Below, piece after piece: positions 1 through 9,901 of a stretch of 64,000 nt of DNA. The notes beneath the pieces were generated by a model. It saw nothing but the letters and a program-made list of their open reading frames with translations, was not told the origin of the DNA and ran no database searches. Every line of letters begins with the position of its first letter. The stretch's first letter is position 1. The DNA lies in the NCBI GenBank assembly GCA_963843575.1, contig CAWJKZ010000017.1, forward strand, positions 64,001 through 128,000, given 5' to 3'. The position numbers and the translations under genes are program-made. The DNA is from an uncultured Acidobacteriota bacterium. Lineage in GTDB: Bacteria; Acidobacteriota; UBA6911.

Positions 1-680
1 GTACGAGCAACGCCGTCTTCTCCTCCTCGGGGAGGGCTGAGACCCATCGCCGGAGCGCCTCGTCATTGATTGCAGTCAAGTCGGGACTCGTGGCGGCCGC
101 AGCGTCGATCAGGTCGGGATCGATCCACAGGAAATTGGCGAACGCTTCGAGCGCAGCGCTCAGCTTGCCGAGTCCGGGCGGACAAGGGGGTTCACTGTCG
201 TCATCATCGACTTCGCCGTTCTGGACACAGCCGAGCCAGGCGATGTAGAGCGCACGCAGATCGCCGCTGGCGAGCTCCGCGCGCACCGGCACGAGCGCGG
301 CCAACGTATCGTTGTCCTCGTCGACCCACTCGCCGCCCTCCTCCTCTGAGCGGAATGAAAGAACGACGTGGTCACCCTTGGCGCGCGCGGAGGCGCAGTC
401 ACCCGCGCAGTACCGCTTCGCCGTCTCGAGGGGCAGCACTCGTCGCGGCATCCGCAGCATCAGCTCGTGAGTGCCCCAGTTGGCGAGGTAGAGGAACGCG
501 TCGAAGTACTTCTCCATCCACTCCGATGAGTTCCCCTTGAAAGTCGCCCCAGGAGTAGTCGACCACGAACCGGCTGGACGTGATCGTGGCGCGCGACGAG
601 TACTTGCGCAGCGTGGCCTGCTCCTGATCGGTGAGCGGCCGGTCGATGGCCTGGAACTCGTAGTACTGGTACTCGCTCAT
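1..680 (-). CDS. Conserved hypothetical protein (MSEYQYYEF... family), frameshifted near 540, runs off the left edge
   Basis: ATG at 680 gives MSEYQYYEFQAIDRPLT...YSWGDF. Removing one T near 540 continues KGNSSEWMEKYFDAFLYLANWGTHELMLR...GDLRALYIAWL...FLWIDPDLI, open to position 1. Confidence 0.75.
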
Positions 681-887
681 CGGGTGCTCCTCGTCTGTTG
701 CTGCCGCCTCGAGATTGGAGAGCGCTTGCCGCTGCGCCGGCGTCGCCGTCTTACGTGCCACGCCGAGCATCCTGGCGCTTCCGTAGTCGTAGTGGTGCTT
801 GAGCAGTCGGATTATCCGCTGCGCGTACTCTTCCGGTTCCGCGGTTGCCGACAGGACTTTGAACCACGGCGGCAGCACCTTCTCCAT
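681..887 (-). pseudogene. Probable C-terminal remnant of a hypothetical protein, in frame with the downstream MSEY gene
   Basis: KVLPPWFKVLSATAEPEEYAQRII...TATPAQRQAL reads as natural protein but begins abruptly at the switch to lower-GC sequence at ~890. Confidence 0.45.
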
Positions 888-914
888 TCGTTACTCTCTC
901 TGTCCAAAACACAC

Positions 915-1260
915 CTACATCCGTTGCCTGCAGACCTCGGCTGCCTGGGCTGCCCATACGACAGGATTCTTAGGAATAGTGCGGCCCCAGTAGGTCAGCA
1001 CCACCCAACCGGCTTCCGGCAAGAATTCCCGCTTTCTTGCGTCGAGCTCCAGGGTATGGACATTGCCGTGGATTGCGAACCCGTCGCAGTACCCGGCCAC
1101 CTTCAAATCCAGCCAGGAAAATCCGGAACTGTAACGAGCCGACCCACCTTATCCCGAATCTCAAAATCCCGCTGCCCGGGCGGCAGATCGGTAAGGCCTG
1201 CATCGCGAGGTAAAGCGTCTCCTAGATCTCGCCCTTGGGATAGCGCTGCACGATGGATTC
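915..1260 (-). pseudogene. Degenerate DUF559/Vsr-like (PD-D/ExK-type) endonuclease domain
   Basis: Stitching frames gives ...GEI*ETLYLAMQALP/DLPPGQRDFEIRDKVGRLVTVPDF/WLDLKVAGYCDGFAIHGN...DARKREFL..AGWVVLTYWGRTI. There is one in-frame TAG and two frameshifts. Confidence 0.6.
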
Positions 1261-1566
1261 TCTACCAGCCTTAAAAAACAGCTGTGGACCTCTACGCCAA
1301 CGGCCAGTGAAGTGTCCGGATCAGTCTCATCCCTGAGGTATACCTGTGGATTTAAGAACGACGAGCCGGATGCTGTCAATGCTTAATGATCTCTGAACCG
1401 CAAAGGCATCGCAGGAAAGTCTGGTGACAGAAACGGTCCGGTGGGTGGGGGACGGGGAGGTGCGGGAGCGACGCCGAAATCTGTGCAGCAAGGCGCAATA
1501 GCTGTTCTCTCACCAAGAGGATATGCGCGCTTACAATGGACTGCAGACAAAATGTTTAGGGATTTG

Positions 1567-1656
<90 letters not shown>

Positions 1657-1709
1657 GCGTGCTTGTCGTTCGATAGGATAGAGGAATTCACCCGTCGTCA
1701 CCAGGACTC

Positions 1710-1853
1710 GATTGTGACGGCGGAAACTCCAGCGTCCCTGGCGACAGATATATGATGGTGTTCCATCACCTGACCAAGGATTCCCATCTCCTGCTAATGC
1801 GCTGATGATTGTATGTCGTGAGTCGTGGATGCGCAAGCCGCGAAGCCCTGTTT
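1710..1853 (-). pseudogene. Tyrosine recombinase/integrase C-terminal remnant
   Basis: KTGLRGLRIHDSRHTIISALA (HxxR box), then after a frameshift EMGILGQVME, then degenerate YLSPGTLE. Confidence 0.6.
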
Positions 1854-1931
1854 TATCGCCGGCCGTCGAGGACAGTCTGGCGGTCGATCCCGCGCACACG
1901 CGGCGGGAAATGGGGTACAATCGGCGGCCTT

Positions 1932-2987
1932 ATGAGCGACGAACCGGTTTTTTCCGAAGGCGCCCTGCTACGTGGCTCGACCCTTGTCCTCGAGGCGGCC
2001 GGCGTCCCAGGCCCGAAGGCCCGGCTCGTGGCCGATTCGCTGGTCTCGGCCAGCCTGCGCGGCGTCGATTCCCACGGCGTGCAGCTGATCCCCTACTATG
2101 TGGCGCAGCTCCGGTCCGGCAACATCGACGCGGCGGCCGACGGCGAGGTGGTCTTCGAATCGGGGGCTTGCATGGTCTACGACGGGCTCCGTGGGCTGGG
2201 GCAGAGCACCGCGGCGGTCTGCTGCGAACACGCCGCTCGCCTGGCCCGCGCGCACGGCCTCGGCCTCGTCGTCGCGCGCAATTCGAACCACTTCGGGGCG
2301 GCGGCCTTCTGGGGCCAACGCATCGCCGCCCACGGCATGATCGGGATCGTTCTCTGCAACGCGTCGCCTTCGGTCGCCCCGTGGCAGGGGCGACAGGGGA
2401 GGATCGGGACCAACCCCATCTGCGTGGCCGTGCCAAGCTCGGGCCGTGGCGCCTGGCTGCTGGACATGGCCACCACGACCGTCGCGATGAACAAAATCAT
2501 CCAGGCGTCGGCGGACGGGCAAAGCTCGATCCCCGCCGGGTGGGCTTTGGACTCCCACGGCGTCCAGACCACCGACACCGAAACCGCCATGCACGGCCTG
2601 CTCATGCCGCTCGGCGGCTACAAGGGGAGCGGTCTCGGCACCATGGTCGAAATCCTCTGCGGCGTCCTCGGCGGCGGAGCGATGAACACCGAGGTCGGCG
2701 GCCTGCACATTCTCGCGAGGCCGATGGGGACCAGCCAGTTTTTTCTCGCGCTCGACGTGGCGCGCTTTCTCCCCGCCGAGACCTTCCAGTCGCGCATGGA
2801 GCTGCTTGTAGCGTCGCTGAAATCCGCCGCGCCCGCCGCGGGCTACGATGAGGTGATGGTGGCGGGCGACCCCGAATGGCGCAATGAGGCGAACAGGAGA
2901 GATAAGGGGATCCCGCTCAAGAGGGCCGCACTGGACCGGATCAACGCCACAGCCCGCGAGCTAGGGGTGCCGGAACTGCAGCCGTAG
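1932..2987 (+). CDS. Ldh_2 family (malate/L-lactate/sulfolactate-type) NAD(P)H oxidoreductase
   Basis: Motifs RGVDSHG, RNSNHFG, GTNPI, LDMATT, PLGGYKGSGL. Confidence 0.92.
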   Translation: MSDEPVFSEGALLRGSTLVLEAAGVPGPKARLVADSLVSASLRGVDSHGVQLIPYYVAQLRSGNIDAAADGEVVFESGACMVYDGLRGLGQSTAAVCCEHAARLARAHGLGLVVARNSNHFGAAAFWGQRIAAHGMIGIVLCNASPSVAPWQGRQGRIGTNPICVAVPSSGRGAWLLDMATTTVAMNKIIQASADGQSSIPAGWALDSHGVQTTDTETAMHGLLMPLGGYKGSGLGTMVEILCGVLGGGAMNTEVGGLHILARPMGTSQFFLALDVARFLPAETFQSRMELLVASLKSAAPAAGYDEVMVAGDPEWRNEANRRDKGIPLKRAALDRINATARELGVPELQP

Positions 2988-3038
2988 CTGCATGGGGCAT
3001 CGAAAAGCCATCCCCCCTATTTGGCGACAGCAAACTAA

Positions 3039-3066
3039 GTCCGGGCTGAAGCCCGGACCCACTTGT
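3039..3066 (-). repeat. REP-A palindrome (GTGG-GTCCGGGCTTCAGCCCGGAC)
   Basis: gtccgggctgaagcccggacccacttg lies between convergent genes and is identical to the ends of the 53597-53706 element. Confidence 0.9.
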
Positions 3067-3086
3067 TTTTTTGGCACGTCGTGGTT

Positions 3087-5090
3087 TTAAGGAGCGGTCA
3101 CGGGCGCGAACGCAGCCTGCAAAACTTCCTTCGTCTTGTCGTCCTGCACGAACGCCACCAGGATCAGATCCCCGGGGAGGAACGCGTCCGTCTGCCCCTT
3201 GAACTTGAGATCCTTCCGGCCGCTGAAACGTTCGGGCGGGTTCTTTTCGAAGTTTTCCAGATAGGCCCTCAGCCCTGCGGAAACCTCTGCCAGGTCTACC
3301 GTCGACTGGTGGACGGCTTTTCCGTCGGACAGCGGGATGCCGTCGGGGCCGCCGATCATCCGGCGGACAACCGTCCGGTGCTCCGACCAGCCGTTGGCCC
3401 CCGTGTAATGCACCACACCCTGAACGAGCGCGATCCGCAACCTCAGGTCGCGAATGCTTGCCCCGTCCGCCTCCGCCCGGGCCTTTACAGCAAGCCGGCC
3501 GCCGTTCAACTCGGACGAAACCTCGACCTGCGCCCCGGGGGCCGCGTCCAGGTCCCGGTCGATGAGGTAGGTGTACAGGCCGTAACGGTCCCTGGCCATC
3601 GACTTCGGCCCCCCGCCCATCAGCGATCGTGTCCCCCCCACCACGGCGGTGGGGGTGCCTCTCACGGCGTAGTACTTGGCCCTGACTTCCGTGTCCGGGT
3701 TCGTCAGCGGATCCGGCCCGGGGATGTGCAGGTGATATTGAAGCACCGCCACCGTGTCGCGCGGGTAGACGTTCAGCAGGTGGTCGAACGCCTGGTCGGC
3801 CGCGACGCACGGGCGGCATTCGGCTCCCGTGAACAGCTCCGCGAGCACCACGCGGCCCGACACGCCCTTCTTCGGCGGGCCGGACGGCGTGAAATTCGAG
3901 TACTCCCGGCTGGCGTTTTCGACCCGCTCCTTAAAGCCCGCGTCGGACCCGTTCAGCTTCCTGTACAACGCCGTGAGCGGCTCCATGATCGCAGCCGGCT
4001 GGGTCGCCGGCGTACCGGCCAGGTATGCGGCCAGCGCCTCGGAGTCCCTCCCCAGCCTCTCGAGGTTTCGCCCCAGGTGCAGGAAGACGTCGGTCTCGAA
4101 CGGCGACGCCAGCGCGGCGATGCCCTGCAGTGCGCCGACGGCCGCCTCCGGCTCGTTGCGCAGCGAGTAGATCACCCCCAGGGTCCGCTGCGTCGCGAGG
4201 TAGCCTTCCACGTCCCCGGTGGACATCTCGGCGGCGGCGGACCGGGCGATCCCCAGCGCCTCGTCGACGAGGATGCCAGCCCGGGCGTATCCGAGCGCGA
4301 CGCGTGCCCGCGCCGACGCCTTGTCCGGCGCCGAATCGATGTATCGCTCTCCCGCGGACCTGACCAACTCGGTCTTCCGCTGCGCGGTTCCAGCTGGTTC
4401 GGACGTCATCCTCGCCAGGAGCCTGTCGAGCGGGCCGGGATCCTTGAGTTCGCCCAGGACGAGCCCCGTGGCAAGCAGGTCGGCGGCTTCCTGCGATTGG
4501 GACCCCGACTTCTCGAGTATCAGGCCCAGCCTGGTCGTGAACTCGACGTTCTTGAGCACCTGGTCTCCGCCCGTCGACAGACGCCCGATCGCGTCGCGCT
4601 CGTCCTTCTCGCCCCCGGCGAAATCGCCCAGCTTGTATTTGACCCAGGCGCGGGTGTCGAGATACCCGGCGAGGGTGCGGTCGCTCGACTTCTGCGCCCG
4701 GGCAGAGTCCACCGCCTTCGAGGCGTACTTGAGGGCCCTGTCGAGCGACACCCCCTTCTCGGCGAGCGACCAGGCGAAGTCGTTGTACCGCTCGGGACGT
4801 CCCGACTCGGGGGTCGCGGCGATGGCCTTGTCGGCGTAGGCCAAGGCGCCCCCTGCCGTGGCCAGATGGGCCTCGAACAGGGCGGAATAGGCGCGAGCGA
4901 GCCTGCTGCTCGACGGGTAGTCTTTTACGAACTTCTCGAGCGCCTTGATTTTCTCCTGCGGGTTCGACGGCTGCGTCGCGCTGGCGAAGGCGTCGCGCTC
5001 GACGTCGGGTTGAGCAGGCGCCTGGGCCATGGCGAGGCCGTCGCCGAGATAAAAGACCAGCAGAACGACAAACGTGCCGATGAAACGCAT
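3087..5090 (-). CDS. Secreted TPR-repeat protein with C-terminal thioredoxin-like CxxC domain
   Basis: N-terminal signal peptide, TPR-like helices (YNDFAWSLA, YLDTRAWV), ELFTGAECRPCVAAD and LQYHLHIPGPDPL. Confidence 0.8.
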   Translation of the reverse strand: MRFIGTFVVLLVFYLGDGLAMAQAPAQPDVERDAFASATQPSNPQEKIKALEKFVKDYPSSSRLARAYSALFEAHLATAGGALAYADKAIAATPESGRPERYNDFAWSLAEKGVSLDRALKYASKAVDSARAQKSSDRTLAGYLDTRAWVKYKLGDFAGGEKDERDAIGRLSTGGDQVLKNVEFTTRLGLILEKSGSQSQEAADLLATGLVLGELKDPGPLDRLLARMTSEPAGTAQRKTELVRSAGERYIDSAPDKASARARVALGYARAGILVDEALGIARSAAAEMSTGDVEGYLATQRTLGVIYSLRNEPEAAVGALQGIAALASPFETDVFLHLGRNLERLGRDSEALAAYLAGTPATQPAAIMEPLTALYRKLNGSDAGFKERVENASREYSNFTPSGPPKKGVSGRVVLAELFTGAECRPCVAADQAFDHLLNVYPRDTVAVLQYHLHIPGPDPLTNPDTEVRAKYYAVRGTPTAVVGGTRSLMGGGPKSMARDRYGLYTYLIDRDLDAAPGAQVEVSSELNGGRLAVKARAEADGASIRDLRLRIALVQGVVHYTGANGWSEHRTVVRRMIGGPDGIPLSDGKAVHQSTVDLAEVSAGLRAYLENFEKNPPERFSGRKDLKFKGQTDAFLPGDLILVAFVQDDKTKEVLQAAFAPVTAP

Positions 5091-5240
5091 CTCTCTTAGT
5101 CCTTGCTGCCCGGGATGGGATCCTGCTCTGCGGAGGAGGGCTGGGGCGCCCGTGAATCCCGGTCATCCTTGGATTTTTCGAGCGCCCCCAGGCTGCAGCT
5201 CATCGGGGCGGGGGCGAGCCGCCCCCGCCCACTGTTGCGG

Positions 5241-6533
5241 TTAAGCGCTCGTCGCTTTGGACGGATTCACGTCGCGCACGACGTGCCCGGTGTAGATCTG
5301 GCGGGGCCGCGCGATCTTCTGCTCGGCGTCGACCAGCAGTTCCTGCCACTGCGAGAGCCAGCCGACGACGCGCGGGATGGCGAACATGACCGTGAACATC
5401 TCAGGCTTGAAACCCATCGCCTGGTACATGATCCCGGAGTAGAAGTCGACGTTCGGGTAGAGTTTCCGTTTGATGAAGTACTCGTCCTCGAGCGCGATCC
5501 GCTCCAGCTCGATGGCCATCTCGAGCTTCGGGTTGCGACCGGTGACGGCGAAGACATCCTCGGCCGCCTTCTTGATGATCTTGGCCCTGGGATCGTAGTT
5601 CTTGTAGACGCGGTGCCCGAAACCCATCAGGCGCCCCTTGCCGGCCTTGACCTGCTCGATGAAGGCGGGGATCTGGTCTTTCGTCCCGATCTCATCGAGC
5701 ATCCTCAGCACCTCCTCGTTCGCGCCGCCGTGCAGCGGGCCGGACAAGGCGGCCGCGGCACCCGCCGTGGCGACATACGGGTCCGCGTGCGAGCTCCCGA
5801 TGGAACGCATCGCGTTGGTCCCGCAGTTCTGCTCGTGATCGGCGTGCAGGATGAAGAGGATGTCGAGCGCGCGCGCCAGCGCCGGGTTGGCCACGAACTT
5901 GGGCTCGACCATCTTCCAGAGCATGTTCATGAAGTTTTCGGTGTAGGTCAGGTCGTTGTCCGGATAGACGTACGGCAGCCCGAGGCTGTGCCGGTAGGCG
6001 TAGGCCGCGATGGTCGGCACCTTCCCGATCAGCCTGAGGATCTGCAGCCGGCGGATTGCGGGATCCTGGATGTTTTTGGCTTCCGGATAGAACGTCGACA
6101 GGGCCGCGACGGTGCTGATCAGCATTCCCATGGGGTGGGCGTCGTAGTGGAATCCATCCATGAACTTCTTGATGTTCTCGTGGAGCATGGTGTGGTGCTT
6201 GATCTCGTCCTCCCACTGGTCCAGCTGTTCCCGGGTGGGAAGCTCTCCGCACATGATCAGGTAGGCGACCTCGAGGTAGGTGCACTTTTCGGCAAGCTGC
6301 TCGATCGGATAACCCCGGTAGCGCAGGATTCCTTTGTCGCCGTCGATAAACGTGATCGCGCTCCTGCAGGAAGCCGTGTTCATGAAAGCCGGGTCGTAGC
6401 TCATCATGCCGAAATCTTCGGCGTCCGTCTTGATCTGCCGCAGATCCATCGCCCGGATGGTCCCGTCCTTGATCGGGATGGTGTATGACTTCCCGTTCCT
6501 GTTGTCGACAATCGTGAACGTATCGTTGGCCAT
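5241..6533 (-). CDS. gltA: Citrate synthase
   Basis: Motifs GILRYRGYPIEQLA, ILHADHEQN, GPLHGGANE, LMGFGHRVYKNYDPRA, LYPNVDFYSG; SD-like AGGAG/GGAG upstream of the ATG. Confidence 0.97.
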   Translation of the reverse strand: MANDTFTIVDNRNGKSYTIPIKDGTIRAMDLRQIKTDAEDFGMMSYDPAFMNTASCRSAITFIDGDKGILRYRGYPIEQLAEKCTYLEVAYLIMCGELPTREQLDQWEDEIKHHTMLHENIKKFMDGFHYDAHPMGMLISTVAALSTFYPEAKNIQDPAIRRLQILRLIGKVPTIAAYAYRHSLGLPYVYPDNDLTYTENFMNMLWKMVEPKFVANPALARALDILFILHADHEQNCGTNAMRSIGSSHADPYVATAGAAAALSGPLHGGANEEVLRMLDEIGTKDQIPAFIEQVKAGKGRLMGFGHRVYKNYDPRAKIIKKAAEDVFAVTGRNPKLEMAIELERIALEDEYFIKRKLYPNVDFYSGIMYQAMGFKPEMFTVMFAIPRVVGWLSQWQELLVDAEQKIARPRQIYTGHVVRDVNPSKATSA

Positions 6534-6701
6534 CTCCCTCTCCTGTATGGCGTATCGGTCTGAGCGAAACTGAGTGTCCCGCCGACTCCTCGAAAAAGTA
6601 TGGATCCCCAAGCTCTTGAGCTATGGTAAGCAACCCAGGCACCAGAAAGAAAGGGCAAAAACACCCGAAGCAGCCTGCGGCTGAAGTAGGCCGCTGCGGG
6701 A

Positions 6702-6728
6702 GTGGGCCGCGGCGGCTCGACGCGGCCC
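6702..6728 (+). repeat. REP-B palindrome (GTGG-GCCGCGKCGGCYCGMCGCGGCCC)
   Basis: gtgggccgcggcggctcgacgcggccc; related copies at 15527, 15661, 16914 and 29541. Confidence 0.75.
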
Positions 6729-6804
6729 TCGATTGCAGCCCTGTTGGAGGAGGATCTGTCCGCTGGTGGGGGATTAGACCCAGGAGCGGGTTATCTGCGT
6801 GGGG

Positions 6805-7097
6805 GGCGTGGCCGTCGAGGTCGACCGCCTTGACGCCAAAGACCAGCTGGTCTATCGGCGTGTTCGGCATGCTGAACTCGTTGACCTTTCCCGCCCAGAT
6901 TTCGCGTTCCCAATCGGGAGCGGTGGTTGCGCGCACGACGACGGTGAAACCGGCGAGGTCCAGGGCAGTGTAAGGGTAGCTCCAGCGCAGGACGGCGTCG
7001 TAGCCGGAACCCCGGCCGAGGGCCGCGTCCTTCCCTCGCCAGGGCCGCGGCCGCCGCGGAGTTCAGCCGGGCCACTTTCGCGATGTAATCGAAATTC
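6805..7097 (-). pseudogene. C-terminal remnant of an M28-family peptidase (with FN3-like tail)
   Basis: NFDYIAKVARLNSAAAAALA, then after a frameshift LGRGSGYDAVLRW...LAGFTVVVRATTAPDWEREIWAGKVNEF...IDQLVFGVKAVDLDGH. No N-terminal catalytic part is present. Confidence 0.65.
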
Positions 7098-7142
7098 CTG
7101 ATCGCCCGCCACGTTTGTGGTAGGCTTTTTGAGCGTTGGATA

Positions 7143-9896
7143 TTGCATCCGCCGGGAGGGCTCTTGTCGTTGAAATTAACCGTCCCCAGACTTGATTTCG
7201 AGAAGTACAGGCTCAAAAACGGCCTGGAGGTGATCCTCGTTGAGGATCATCGCCTGCCGCTGGTGGCAGTCAACGTCTGGTATCACGTGGGGCCAGCGAA
7301 CGAGAGGCCCGGCCTGACGGGGTTCGCCCACCTGTTCGAGCACATGATGTTCGAGGGCTCGAGGCACGTCCCCGAGGAAGGGCACTTCAGGTTGCTGGAA
7401 GCCGCCGGGGCCAGCGACATCAACGGAACGACGGACTTCGACCGGACGAACTATTTCGAGACGCTCCCGTCCAACCAGCTCGAGCTTGCGCTGTGGCTCG
7501 AGAGCGACCGCATGGGTTTTCTGCTGGACAGGCTCGACGCCGCGAACCTGGAGAACCAGCGCGACGTGGTGCGCAACGAGCGGCGCCAGAGCGTGGAGGG
7601 GACGCCGTATGGGATCGTCCAGGAGGGCCTGTTCCACCTCCTGTACCCGAGCGAGCACCCCTATTACGCGTCGGTGATCGGGTCTCATGCCGACATAGAG
7701 GCGGCCCGGCTCGCCGACATCCGAGAGTTTTTCAAGCTGTACTACGCGCCAAACAACGCGAGCCTGGCGGTGGTGGGAGACCTCGACCGCGCAGCCGCCA
7801 GGATTCTGATCGAAAAGTATTTCGGCCCGATCCCGGCAGGGGCGCCCGTCCCGCCGATCGAGGTCCGCACGCCCCCGATATCCTCGGAGCGGCGGGCCGT
7901 CATCACAGATCAGGTCGAGTTGCCGCGGGTTTACCTGGCCTGGATCACCGACCCGATATTCAAGCCCGGCGACGCCGAGTGCGACCTGATCGGGCGGATC
8001 CTCGGCGGCGGCAAGTCCAGCCGCCTGTACAAGCGCCTGGTGTACGACGACCGCATCGCGCAGGACGCGAGCGCCATGCAGTACTCGCTCGCGCTCGGCT
8101 CCCTGTTCACCGTCGAGGCCACGGCCAAGCCCGGCGTCGCCCCCGAGACAGTCGAGCGCTGCATTGACGAGGAGCTCGACAGGTTCGTCGTCGAGGGCCC
8201 GACCGAGGCGGAACTCGCCGGGGCCCGCAACACCATCCAGTCGGCCATTATTCGGGGCCTGGAGACGCTCGGCGGCTTCGGCGGAGTCGCGGACCGGCTC
8301 AACCAGTACAACCATTATCTGGGGGACCCCGGCTATCTCGCCGCGGATCTGGCCAGATACGAGCAGGCCACGCCGGCGCGCCTGGCGGAGGTTGCGCAAA
8401 CCCGGCTGCGACGCGAGAACCGCGCGGTGGTCTACGGCGTGCCGGGAGAGAAGATCGTGGACGACGTGCCGAGGTCGGCGGACCCCGACCGTACCCCGGG
8501 CGCCGAGCCTGCGGACGTCCCGGGCCAGCAATGGCGCGCCTCGATTCCTTCCGCCGCACCCCCTTCGCCGCTCGTGCTCCCCGTTCCGGTCTCGTTCCGG
8601 CTCGACAACGGTCTGACGGTCCTGCTCGTGGAACAGCACGGTTTGCCCGTGGTTTCCGCCAACCTGGTATCCCTCAGCGGCAGCGAGTGCAACCCGCCCG
8701 AACGCCCCGGGTTGGCCGCTTTCACGGCCGACATGCTCGACGAGGGGACAAAGCGCCGGTCGGCGCTGCAGATCGCGGACGACGCGGACCAGCTGGGCGC
8801 CACGCTGTCGACCGGTTCCTCCACCGACATGTCGTACGCGGCGATCAGGAGTCTGAAACGCAACGCACGTGCCGCTTTGGAGCTGCTCGCCGACGTCGCA
8901 CTCCACCCCGAGTTCCCCGCCGGCGACATCGAGCGCGTGCGCCACGACCGCATCACCCACATCCTGCAGCAGCGCGACAACCCCGGCGCGATCGCGTCCA
9001 AGGCGTTCTTCGGAACGGTGTATGGACCACGACACCCCTACGGCTACACCGAGATCGGGTCGGAAGCTTCGGTGCGGTCCATCTCCCGGGACGAACTCGT
9101 CGGTTTCTGGGAGCGCGGCTACGCGCCCGGGAATTCGGCGCTGGTGGTCGCCGGGGACATCACGGTCGAGGAACTGCGGGAGCTCGCCGGGGAGCTGTTC
9201 GGGGCCTGGCGCGGCGCAGGCAGCGCCGCAGGACTCCCGGCCGCGGCCGGCGCCCGCGGCCGCAGGGTTGTGATCGTGGACAAGCCGGGCGCTCCGCAAA
9301 CAAGCCTCCGCATCGGCCACGTGGGAATCTCCCGTTCCGACCCCGACTACATCCCCGTCGACGTGATGAACACGGCGCTGGGCGGCCTTTTCTCGAGCCG
9401 GATCAATATGAACCTGCGCGAGGCGCACGGGTACACCTACGGCGCTTCCTCGGGTTTCGCCTTCCGCCGCGGGCCGGGGCCCTTCGTCGTCGCCACCAAC
9501 GTGCGAACCGACGTGACCGCGGCCGCGGTTTCGGAGGTGTTGCACGAGATCGAGCGGATGCGTAACAGCGAACCGACGGAAGTGGAGCTCGCGACCGCCA
9601 AGGATTCCATCTCCCGTTCCCTCGCGGGTTATTTCGAGACGACGCCGCAATCGGCATCGACCGCCGGACAGCTGTTCGTGCACGACCTGCCGCTGGATTT
9701 CTACCGCACGCTCCCGGGGCGGGTCGAGGCGGTGAGCGCCGCGGCCGCCCGGCACGCGGCGGAGACACACCTGCACCCGGAAGAGCTCGTCATCGTGGCG
9801 GTGGGCGACCGCAGCCGCATCGAGCCACAACTCTGGGACGCGGGGTTCGGCCCCGTCGAGTACCGGTGCCTGGATGGAGAGCCCGCAAAGGGCTGA
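7143..9896 (+). CDS. M16 family zinc metallopeptidase (pitrilysin/PqqL-like, two-half fusion)
   Basis: Inverted zinc motif [18 protein letters not shown], non-catalytic second half with [11 protein letters not shown]. The true start may be TTG at ~7170. Confidence 0.95.
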   Translation: MHPPGGLLSLKLTVPRLDFEKYRLKNGLEVILVEDHRLPLVAVNVWYHVGPANERPGLTGFAHLFEHMMFEGSRHVPEEGHFRLLEAAGASDINGTTDFDRTNYFETLPSNQLELALWLESDRMGFLLDRLDAANLENQRDVVRNERRQSVEGTPYGIVQEGLFHLLYPSEHPYYASVIGSHADIEAARLADIREFFKLYYAPNNASLAVVGDLDRAAARILIEKYFGPIPAGAPVPPIEVRTPPISSERRAVITDQVELPRVYLAWITDPIFKPGDAECDLIGRILGGGKSSRLYKRLVYDDRIAQDASAMQYSLALGSLFTVEATAKPGVAPETVERCIDEELDRFVVEGPTEAELAGARNTIQSAIIRGLETLGGFGGVADRLNQYNHYLGDPGYLAADLARYEQATPARLAEVAQTRLRRENRAVVYGVPGEKIVDDVPRSADPDRTPGAEPADVPGQQWRASIPSAAPPSPLVLPVPVSFRLDNGLTVLLVEQHGLPVVSANLVSLSGSECNPPERPGLAAFTADMLDEGTKRRSALQIADDADQLGATLSTGSSTDMSYAAIRSLKRNARAALELLADVALHPEFPAGDIERVRHDRITHILQQRDNPGAIASKAFFGTVYGPRHPYGYTEIGSEASVRSISRDELVGFWERGYAPGNSALVVAGDITVEELRELAGELFGAWRGAGSAAGLPAAAGARGRRVVIVDKPGAPQTSLRIGHVGISRSDPDYIPVDVMNTALGGLFSSRINMNLREAHGYTYGASSGFAFRRGPGPFVVATNVRTDVTAAAVSEVLHEIERMRNSEPTEVELATAKDSISRSLAGYFETTPQSASTAGQLFVHDLPLDFYRTLPGRVEAVSAAAARHAAETHLHPEELVIVAVGDRSRIEPQLWDAGFGPVEYRCLDGEPAKG

Positions 9897-9901
9897 CACC
9901 C

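Noticed and set aside
6534-6700. Possible riboswitch or sRNA upstream of gltA
   Set aside because: No recognisable aptamer consensus or terminator could be identified by eye.
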